Shown here piece after piece: positions 56,498 through 64,000 of a stretch of 64,000 nt of DNA. The notes beneath the pieces were generated by a model. The model had not been told where the DNA came from. It saw nothing but the letters and a program-made list of their open reading frames with translations, and ran no database searches. Source of the DNA: Lachnospiraceae bacterium (lineage in GTDB: Bacteria > Bacillota > Clostridia > Lachnospirales > Lachnospiraceae); the NCBI GenBank assembly GCA_050874905.1, contig JBNMLP010000008.1, positions 8,392-72,391 on the forward strand. The letters are read 5' to 3'. Position 1 is the first letter of the stretch. Every line of letters starts with the position of its first letter. Both the position numbers and the translations under genes were made by a program.

Positions 56498-57403
56498 TCA
56501 AAGCATCAGGATACGTGCTTTTTCGGCATCATAATAATAAATATTTTCGGATAACACATCCCCCTTGGAGACGGTTGTTTCGTTAGCTTCCTTCACCATA
56601 TTTTTAAAATACGAAACACTCTGCCCCTCCTGTTGTGGAACGAGCAGCATTTCATGAATACTGCTCGGAAACAGATAAAAGCTGCCGTGTAATCTTTGGG
56701 ATACCTGTGAAAGCACCCCATGATAAAGCACCACACCGGCTCCATTGACCCGCTGCTCATTCGTCAGGACATACATTTTGCAGTTCAGCTCCTCCAGTTC
56801 CTGTGCAGGCGGCGCGCCATCCATTTTCTCAAGCAAAGCAACCATATCATGACATTCCCATGGAAAAAGCCGCTCTGTATTGTCACGTGCCACCTCATAA
56901 AGCTCCGGCACCGTGATATTCCAAAGCTGGCATTCCCGATTCGTGATCAGTGCCGAAGCAATTCCCACCTCATCCTGATGTGCCAGCCAGCGGAATGTGA
57001 TCGCGAGGTCATGCCACATAATATATGGTGCATCCGCTAAAAGTTCCCTGTTTTTCTCATAATTTAAAAGCCGCAGAACAATATGTTCTTTCATCCTGGA
57101 ATAGTCGGAGATCTGTTCTACATCCACCATCATACTACCGCAATGCATCCGGTAAAAACGTGCCATATCAGAAAGCAGATCTGTAAATGATTCCCCTTCC
57201 TCATAGCGTCGGTAATAGTGATCTAAATAAATCGATGGGGAACAATTTTTCCCTTCCGGTAAGATCTGTAATGCCCACAGCCTGATCCCATTATTTTTAG
57301 TTACTTCATGCACATAAATCCGGGCATTTTCACACTCAGGTAGCACCGTTAAGATCTGCTCCTGCACCATTTCCCGGAATCGTGTAAACGATTGTTTTTC
57401 CAT
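56498..57403 (-). CDS. DUF5688 family protein
   Basis: VTKNNG...SPSIYL, LLNYEKNRELL, DLAI, MYVLTNEQRVNGA, PSSIHE. Confidence 0.75.
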   Translation of the reverse strand: MEKQSFTRFREMVQEQILTVLPECENARIYVHEVTKNNGIRLWALQILPEGKNCSPSIYLDHYYRRYEEGESFTDLLSDMARFYRMHCGSMMVDVEQISDYSRMKEHIVLRLLNYEKNRELLADAPYIMWHDLAITFRWLAHQDEVGIASALITNRECQLWNITVPELYEVARDNTERLFPWECHDMVALLEKMDGAPPAQELEELNCKMYVLTNEQRVNGAGVVLYHGVLSQVSQRLHGSFYLFPSSIHEMLLVPQQEGQSVSYFKNMVKEANETTVSKGDVLSENIYYYDAEKARILML

Positions 57404-57525
57404 AATCCTCCTCGTTCATCTGCCTTCGTCAAGGCGCATTTTGCGTGCATGCATCACATAATTTTATTATAGGATCTAACGGCACCTCTGTCCAAAACTT
57501 TGTGGTTGTCAGGCAAAGTCGAAAA

Positions 57526-57560
57526 AACACGAAGCATTGGAAGAATCCATTGCTTCGTGT
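57526..57560 (-). terminator. Terminator downstream of hisC
   Basis: ACACGAAGCA...TGCTTCGTGT followed by a T run on the minus strand. Confidence 0.75.
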
Positions 57561-57612
57561 CGAATATTACAGAATGATTGAAAGAAAAGTCGAAATCACT
57601 TCGACATATCTT

Positions 57613-58662
57613 CTAGTTCAAATATGCTTTTAAAAAGTCTAAAAAGGCGTGCATTTCTTCATCGGTTCCGATCGTGATACGCAGATAATTGTCGATGCGC
57701 GGCTTGTCAAAGTAGCGCACATAAATATGCTCTTTTCTTGCCGCCTCAAAAATATCCTTTGCCTTCGCCGTTTTATGGGTGACAAATAAAAAGTTGGAGC
57801 TGCTGTCTTCAAATACAAATCCCAGCTTTCTCATCTCTTCACTGAACCATTTGCGTGTATCCATGATCTTTTGTACATGCTCTTTAAAATAAGGCTCATC
57901 CTCTAAGGATGCCACGCCGAGTGTGATGGCAGCCTGATTCATCGTATAGGAATTATAAGACTGTTTCACATCATTCAATGCCTGTATCAGATCTTTGCTT
58001 CCCATACAGTAACCGATCCGCATTCCGGCTAAAGAACGGGATTTAGAATAAGTGCGTACCACCAAAAGATTGTCATACCGGGAAAGAAGCGGCAGTGCGC
58101 TTTCTCCACCAAAATCAATGTAGGCTTCATCTACGATTACAACACTGTCTGGATTGTTCTTTACAATTTCTTCCACAAAAGATACCGGTTCTAATATTCC
58201 GGTCGGTGCATTGGGATTTGGAAATACAATACCACCATTTGGAATTAGATAATCATCTAACTTCAAATGAAACTGCTCATCCAGCGGCTGTTTCGTATAC
58301 GGAATGCGGAACAAATCTGCCCACACATCATAAAAAGAATAGGTGATATCCGGAAACAGGATTGGTTTGCCTGAATTAAAAAAGGTCAGAAAACTCATCG
58401 CGAGAACATCATCCGATCCTACTCCAACAAATACCTGTTCGTCTTGAAGTCCATGATACTCTGCCAATGCATGCACCAGTTTGGATACCGTAGGATCCGG
58501 ATACAGTCGTAACCGGTCAATACAAGCACACATTGCTTCTACCTTTGGTGATGGCGGGTATGGATTTTCATTGGTATTTAATTTGATCACATCATTTTCT
58601 TTTGGCTGTTCTCCCGGAACATAAGGAGTTACTTTCCGGATATTATCTTTCCATTTTTGCAT
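57613..58662 (-). CDS. hisC: Histidinol-phosphate aminotransferase
   Basis: PYVPGEQ, KLNTNENPY, NPNAPTG, DEAY, RTYSKSRSLAGMRIG. Confidence 0.93.
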   Translation of the reverse strand: MQKWKDNIRKVTPYVPGEQPKENDVIKLNTNENPYPPSPKVEAMCACIDRLRLYPDPTVSKLVHALAEYHGLQDEQVFVGVGSDDVLAMSFLTFFNSGKPILFPDITYSFYDVWADLFRIPYTKQPLDEQFHLKLDDYLIPNGGIVFPNPNAPTGILEPVSFVEEIVKNNPDSVVIVDEAYIDFGGESALPLLSRYDNLLVVRTYSKSRSLAGMRIGYCMGSKDLIQALNDVKQSYNSYTMNQAAITLGVASLEDEPYFKEHVQKIMDTRKWFSEEMRKLGFVFEDSSSNFLFVTHKTAKAKDIFEAARKEHIYVRYFDKPRIDNYLRITIGTDEEMHAFLDFLKAYLN

Positions 58663-58703
58663 TTGTCTACCTCCACACATTAGATAAATATCTAATATCT
58701 ATT

Positions 58704-59897
58704 CTAACCTCTGTATTCTTTCATCAGTTTTTCAAACAATGGGAGTGCACGCTCTACTCTTTCCGTCGGTACACAGTAAGACAAACGGAAATGTCCCTTG
58801 CAGGAGAAGCTGTCGCTTGGAACCAGCAGCAGGTCATACGCCTGTGCGCGCTTACAAAACGCTCCGGCGTCCTCTTCCAAACATTTCGGGAAAATGTAAA
58901 ATGTACCATCCGGTTTCACTACAGAGTAACCCATATCGGTTAAGCTGTCATATAAAATGTTTCGGTTCTTTTCATAAATCGAAATATCAGAAACTTCATT
59001 GACACAGTCACGCACTACCATCTGGAACAGAGATGGTACCCCGACGTAGCCAAGCTCTCTTGCCGCTGCTCCGATCGTACCAAACATCAGGTCTGCATCG
59101 GCAATCTCATCTGTAAATGCAATGTATCCCACACGTTCTCCCGGAAGAGACAAGGATTTACTATAAGAATAGCATACCAGTGTATTCTTGTAATACTTTG
59201 GTACATAAGGCACTGTCTTTTTGTCAAATATGATCTCACGATATGGCTCATCAGAAATGATATAGATCGGACGGCCATATTTATTGCTTGCTTCCTCTAA
59301 AACAGCAGCCAGTTTCTGAATCGTTTCTTCTGAATAAACAACACCGGTTGGGTTGTTCGGGCTGTTGATGATGACTGCTCTTGTATGTTCATTGATACTC
59401 TGCTCTAATGCCGTAAAATTAATCTGGAAATCAGAAGGATCTGCACTCACCTCTGTCACCTTTACACCTGCCCCTTCAATAAAGCATTTATACTCCGGGA
59501 AATATGGTGCACAGACAATGATCTCATCCCCACATCCGGCATCGGCTAACACACGGAAGCAAAGAGAGATCGCTCCTGCTGCACCGATCGTCATAAAAAT
59601 GTTATTTTTATGATAGTTCATACCATAGCGGGCATTTAAGTTATCTGCGATCGCCTGTCTGGTATCGTCATATCCTACGGCACTTGGGTATCCATGGACA
59701 AAACAAGGGTCCTCCGTGTTCAACAGACGGATCGCTGTTTCATTGACAGCAGCAGGTGCCGGAACGCTTGGATTTCCGATACTGAAATCAAATACATTTT
59801 CTGCTCCGACAACTGCGGCACGCTGTTTTCCATATTCAAAGATCTCACGGATGACAGAGCTTTGTCCTGCCACCTTTGCATATTTTTGTGCTAACAT
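58704..59897 (-). CDS. Class I PLP-dependent aminotransferase (aspartate aminotransferase-like)
   Basis: FSIGNP, NSPNNPTG, SDEPY, YSYSKSLSLPGERVG. Confidence 0.9.
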   Translation of the reverse strand: MLAQKYAKVAGQSSVIREIFEYGKQRAAVVGAENVFDFSIGNPSVPAPAAVNETAIRLLNTEDPCFVHGYPSAVGYDDTRQAIADNLNARYGMNYHKNNIFMTIGAAGAISLCFRVLADAGCGDEIIVCAPYFPEYKCFIEGAGVKVTEVSADPSDFQINFTALEQSINEHTRAVIINSPNNPTGVVYSEETIQKLAAVLEEASNKYGRPIYIISDEPYREIIFDKKTVPYVPKYYKNTLVCYSYSKSLSLPGERVGYIAFTDEIADADLMFGTIGAAARELGYVGVPSLFQMVVRDCVNEVSDISIYEKNRNILYDSLTDMGYSVVKPDGTFYIFPKCLEEDAGAFCKRAQAYDLLLVPSDSFSCKGHFRLSYCVPTERVERALPLFEKLMKEYRG

Positions 59898-59924
59898 AAT
59901 CTTCCTCCTTGGCTTTCCTGTTCT

Positions 59925-60425
59925 TTACTGTACCATCACTTTTTTGATCTCTGCAATATAATAGCGGTGATAATCCTTGTTTGGATAATTGATCGCATCA
60001 TTTTCCTTTTCTAAGAAGGTATCCGGATCAATGTCTCCCTCACAGAGTTTTTTGCAGACCAGCACCATCTGTGCTTCCTTGACATAAGGTACACCGTCTT
60101 CAAAGGCTTTCGTAATACCTGCTGCCTCAAATTTATCTGCTACGTCTCTTCCGGATTTGGCACCACAGTATTTTAATGCCTCACGGAACTCTTCCGGCAA
60201 TACACTGATGGAAAAGCAGTCACAGGCATCGATAAATTCCTTTGTATAACGCTGTGGACGAATGTAGATCGTAGCGGTTGGTTTGTTCCAGAAAATACCA
60301 AAGCCACCCCAGCTTACGGTCATGGTGTTGCATTTTTCTTCCGTTCCGGCAGAAACCAGTGCCCATTTGTCTTTTAATACATCAAATAAATTGTCCTTGA
60401 TCTCACTTACTGTAATTTCTTTCAT
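59925..60425 (-). CDS. Flavin reductase-like (split barrel) protein
   Basis: NTMTVSWGG, YIRPQRYT, CGAKSGRD. Confidence 0.85.
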   Translation of the reverse strand: MKEITVSEIKDNLFDVLKDKWALVSAGTEEKCNTMTVSWGGFGIFWNKPTATIYIRPQRYTKEFIDACDCFSISVLPEEFREALKYCGAKSGRDVADKFEAAGITKAFEDGVPYVKEAQMVLVCKKLCEGDIDPDTFLEKENDAINYPNKDYHRYYIAEIKKVMVQ

Positions 60426-60519
60426 GGTAAGATTCCTCCTTTATTTCCTTCCTAGATAAGGAAAGCCTTTAAACTACTTTATGCAAATAGTCTAAAAGCT
60501 TACCTGATTACTTATATGA

Positions 60520-62256
60520 TTAGTCACGCACTTTTATGTGAACCTCCCGAAGCTGCATCTCAGATACTTCGTTTGGTGCGCCACACATGAGATCCTGTGC
60601 ATTACCATTCATTGGGAATGGAATGATCTCACGAATGTTCTCTTCATTGCGTAAAAGCATGATCATACGATCGACACCAGGAGCCATACCTGCATGTGGT
60701 GGTGCTCCAAATTGGAACGCATGATACAGTGCTCCGAATTTGTTCTTTAAATCTTCCTCGGTATATCCGGCAATCTCAAATGCCTTGACCATAATATCAA
60801 GGTTATGGTTTCTGACAGCACCGGAAGAAAGCTCGATACCATTACATACGATATCATACTGATAGGCTAAAATATCCTCTGGATCTTTTTCTGTTAATGC
60901 AGCAAGACCGCCCTGTGGCATAGAGAATGGGTTATGGGTAAAGATATACTTCTTCTCTTCCTTGTCGTACTCATACATTGGGAAGTCATTGATATAGCAG
61001 AACCGGTAAGAGTTCTTATCGATGAGATCCAGACGCTCGCCAAGTTCGGTACGGATCTGTCCGGCATAAAGGGATGCCAGCTTTTCATTATCTGCGATAA
61101 AGAAGATCGTATCTCCTGCCTGAAGTCCGGCAAGATTCTTCATTTCTTCCTTCATGTCATCCGGAATAAATTTATCGATCGGTCCTTTGTAAGAAAGATC
61201 TTCCAACACTTCCAGATAACCTAAACCACCCATACCAATGCTCTGTGCATATTTTAACAACTTCTCATGCTGTCCTTTGGAAAGTTTGGCATGTACGTTG
61301 ATCGCACGAACTGTCTTTTTATGGAATGGTTTAAAGGTACATCTCTGGAAAAACTCCGTTACATCTAAAATACGAAGTGGATTTCTAAGATCCGGCTTAT
61401 CTGTACCAAATTCTAACATCGCCTGTTTGTAGCTGATGATCGGATAAGGTGCTTTCGTTACTTCATACCCCTCTGGGGCAAACTTCTCAAACGTTGCAGT
61501 CAATACTTCCTCACCAATCTTGAACACATCTTCCTGAGTAGCGAAGCTCATCTCAAAATCCAACTGATAAAATTCTCCCGGTGAACGGTCTGCTCTGGCA
61601 TCCTCATCACGGAAGCACGGTGCGATCTGGAAATACTTATCTACACCGGACACCATCAAAAGCTGCTTATACTGCTGCGGTGCCTGTGGCAGCGCATAAA
61701 ATTTCCCTTTGTATTTACGGGATGGTACAATATAATCTCTGGCACCCTCCGGGGAAGATGCACAAAGGATCGGTGTCTGCATCTCCAAAAATCCCATGCT
61801 GGTCATCTTCTCACGCAGGAAGCTGATCACCTTGGAACGAAATACCATATTATCCATGACCTTTTTATTTCTAAGATCCAGATAACGATACTTCAAACGC
61901 AGATCTTCTCTCGTTTCCTTTGAGGTCATCACTTCAAATGGAAGCTGCTGGTATACCTTGCCAAGCACCTCTACTTTCTGTGCCTCTAACTCGATCGTAC
62001 CGGTCGGAATCTTTGGATTAAAGGTCTCCTCATCACGGTGCTCCATCTTACCTGTCACACTGATACAATCTTCCTTATTCAATCCATCTAACAATGTTGT
62101 ATCCCGCATTACTACCTGTAATACACCATACATATCTCTTAAGTCGATGAACGAAACTCCACCATGGTCACGAATGTTCTCGATCCATCCGGCTACCTGA
62201 ATCTCTGATCCCACATCGCTCTCGCTGATCTGGTTCAATAATCTGTCACGATACAT
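60520..62256 (-). CDS. aspS: Aspartate--tRNA ligase
   Basis: RDHGGV, RYLDLR, PEGARDY, LPQAPQQYKQ, CFRDED, PPHAGMAPGVDR; ATG 62256. Confidence 0.97.
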   Translation of the reverse strand: MYRDRLLNQISESDVGSEIQVAGWIENIRDHGGVSFIDLRDMYGVLQVVMRDTTLLDGLNKEDCISVTGKMEHRDEETFNPKIPTGTIELEAQKVEVLGKVYQQLPFEVMTSKETREDLRLKYRYLDLRNKKVMDNMVFRSKVISFLREKMTSMGFLEMQTPILCASSPEGARDYIVPSRKYKGKFYALPQAPQQYKQLLMVSGVDKYFQIAPCFRDEDARADRSPGEFYQLDFEMSFATQEDVFKIGEEVLTATFEKFAPEGYEVTKAPYPIISYKQAMLEFGTDKPDLRNPLRILDVTEFFQRCTFKPFHKKTVRAINVHAKLSKGQHEKLLKYAQSIGMGGLGYLEVLEDLSYKGPIDKFIPDDMKEEMKNLAGLQAGDTIFFIADNEKLASLYAGQIRTELGERLDLIDKNSYRFCYINDFPMYEYDKEEKKYIFTHNPFSMPQGGLAALTEKDPEDILAYQYDIVCNGIELSSGAVRNHNLDIMVKAFEIAGYTEEDLKNKFGALYHAFQFGAPPHAGMAPGVDRMIMLLRNEENIREIIPFPMNGNAQDLMCGAPNEVSEMQLREVHIKVRD

Positions 62257-62352
62257 AGTTGTTTCTCTCCTTTGTTTTATGGTGCAAAGCACCCAATTTT
62301 CCACAATTGGATTTATTATATCGTTTTTTCATCAAATAGTCAACGGGTGGCA

Positions 62353-63843
62353 TTATTGATGATAGTAAGAGAAAAATTCTTTCAATTTTCCCATTGCTTC
62401 CTCTAATACTTCGATTCTTGGAAGGAATACAATCCGAAAATGATCCGGTGCCCCCCAGTTAAAACCGCCACCGTGCACGATCAGCACTTTCTTTTCCTTT
62501 AACAGATCCAGTGCAAAACGCTCGTCATCATGAATATTGAACTTTTTCGTATCGATCTTAGGGAAAATATAAAATCCTGCTTTTGGCTTCACTGCAGAAA
62601 TACCCGGTATATCATTTAATGCCTTGGTAATAAATTCTCTCTGTTCATAAATGCGTCCGCCCGGCACGATATAATTCTGTACGCTCTGATAACCGCCCAA
62701 TGAAGTCTGCACAATCGACTGTGCCGGAACATTGGAGCAAAGACGCATGTTGCTTAACATATTGATTCCTTCAATATAATCCTTTGCCACTGCTTTGTTG
62801 CCGCTTAAGATCATCCAACCTACACGGAATCCGGCGATCATATGTGACTTGGAAAGTCCGCTGAAAGTCACGCAGAACAGATCCGGTGCCAATGAGGCAA
62901 TAGAAAGATGTTCTTCCCCATCCATTACCAGGCGGTCATAGATCTCATCAGAAAAGATCATAAGCTGATGTTCTCTTGCAATATCCACGATCTGCTGCAA
63001 TACTTCCTTTGGATAAAGGGCTCCGGTCGGATTATTCGGATTGATGATAACGATTGCCTTTGTACGATCCGTAATTTTCTTTTTGATGTCATCCATATCC
63101 GGATACCAGTCCGCATTTTCATCACACACATAATGTACAACTTTTCCCCCTGCAAGTGTTGCACAGGCAGTCCAAAGCGGGTAATCCGGAGCAGGGATCA
63201 AAATCTCATCTCCATTTTCCAAAAGAGCCGACATACTCAGATTAATCAGCTCACTCACCCCATTGCCAGTGTAAATATCATCAATTGATACATTTGGAAT
63301 ATTTTTAAGCTGAGCATACTGCATGATCGCTTTTCTTGCAGAAAACAGTCCTTTTGAGGCAGAATACCCCTCACAATCTGTCAACTGGTGGCTCATATCA
63401 TAGATCACCTCATCCGGTGCCCGGAATCCAAACGGAGCAGGATTACCAATGTTCAATTTTAGCACCTGAATTCCAGACTGCTCCATACGTGCTGCCTCAT
63501 CTACAACTGGTCCTCTCACATCATATAATACATGATCTAACTTTGATGACTTTTTAAACTCTCTCATACCCGATTCTCCTTTTTTTCTATCTTTTTCATT
63601 CTCTTCATATACTATGGCCGGTTCTTCCTCTGCTTTCAGCCACGCTTCGTCTACCTTTAATGTCTCTGCCAGAAAATGAAGCAGTTCCGCTCGTGGTACC
63701 GTTTTTCCACTCACATACTGGCTGATATGGCTTTTGCCAAGCTTTAAGCCTTTCTTTTCCGCCGCCCGGATCAAATCTACCTGTTTGATTCCCTGCTGCA
63801 ACATCGCCTGTTTCAAACGCATTGAAAATGTTTCTTTTTCCAT
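62353..63843 (-). CDS. alaA: XRE-HTH domain fused to AlaA/AlaT-type class I aminotransferase
   Basis: Residues 1-70 HTH (KSHISQYVSGK); from Met93 FKKSSKL...YDVRGP, LNIGNP, NPNNPTG, DEIY, GLSK...GFRVGW; single uninterrupted frame. Confidence 0.85.
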   Translation of the reverse strand: MEKETFSMRLKQAMLQQGIKQVDLIRAAEKKGLKLGKSHISQYVSGKTVPRAELLHFLAETLKVDEAWLKAEEEPAIVYEENEKDRKKGESGMREFKKSSKLDHVLYDVRGPVVDEAARMEQSGIQVLKLNIGNPAPFGFRAPDEVIYDMSHQLTDCEGYSASKGLFSARKAIMQYAQLKNIPNVSIDDIYTGNGVSELINLSMSALLENGDEILIPAPDYPLWTACATLAGGKVVHYVCDENADWYPDMDDIKKKITDRTKAIVIINPNNPTGALYPKEVLQQIVDIAREHQLMIFSDEIYDRLVMDGEEHLSIASLAPDLFCVTFSGLSKSHMIAGFRVGWMILSGNKAVAKDYIEGINMLSNMRLCSNVPAQSIVQTSLGGYQSVQNYIVPGGRIYEQREFITKALNDIPGISAVKPKAGFYIFPKIDTKKFNIHDDERFALDLLKEKKVLIVHGGGFNWGAPDHFRIVFLPRIEVLEEAMGKLKEFFSYYHQ

Positions 63844-63886
63844 TTTTGCGCTCCTTTCCGTTTCCTGTTTCTGATTGTAACACTTT

Positions 63887-63976
63887 GTTCAAAATAGTTC
63901 AATGTTTTTCTCTTACCAGTTCAATTATTTGCTTCAGAAAGTTCAACATAAGGAGTTGTGCCAACAAAAAGTTCAA
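63887..63976. repeat. Five direct GTTCAA repeats upstream of the HTH-alaA fusion
   Basis: GTTCAA starts at 63887, 63897, 63919, 63941, 63971 (four preceded by A). Confidence 0.8.
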
Positions 63977-64000
63977 TTTATTTTTCTTTTTATCCAACAT

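Noticed and set aside
57404-57612. Hairpin-rich intergenic region as a possible ncRNA
   Set aside because: Explained by the hisC terminator plus a TGGACA-17-TATAAT promoter for the DUF5688 gene

Overview
Chromosomal window from a low-GC Gram-positive anaerobe. The sporulation genes, T-box, L20 leader and gene content point to Clostridia, most like Lachnospiraceae (inference from gene content, not a database search). Almost all genes are on the minus strand. The housekeeping backbone is nrdD-nrdG-dut-nfo, topB, glyA, spoIIP-gpr, rpsT, comEA...comEC-holA, argCB, ptsH, hydF, tRNA-Leu, thrS-infC-rpmI-rplT, ansA-ppk-ppx, hisC, aspS and alaA. The main candidate for an undescribed system is a tight five-gene nucleotide-signalling operon at 40834-46009. 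It encodes an EndoIV-like metallo-TIM barrel, a cNMP-type GAF-GGDEF, a TIR fused to a zinc-ribbon/HTH module, a pseudo-receiver class III cyclase with a guanylyl-type specificity Glu, and a DHHA1-like/tandem-repeat protein. The second is an all-cytoplasmic Ser/Thr kinase-PP2C-FHA cluster at 6598-14094, interrupted by a dGTPase and preceded by a degenerate NTP-transferase/phosphotransferase. Other oddities: a tRNA-Leu with an AAG anticodon, a phage-repressor-like HTH fused to AlaA with five phased GTTCAA repeats upstream, att-like 11-bp repeats behind the GGGtGRT gene, and two probable non-canonical start codons. No CRISPR array, rRNA, transposase or integrase was seen. All family assignments come from motif recognition by eye.
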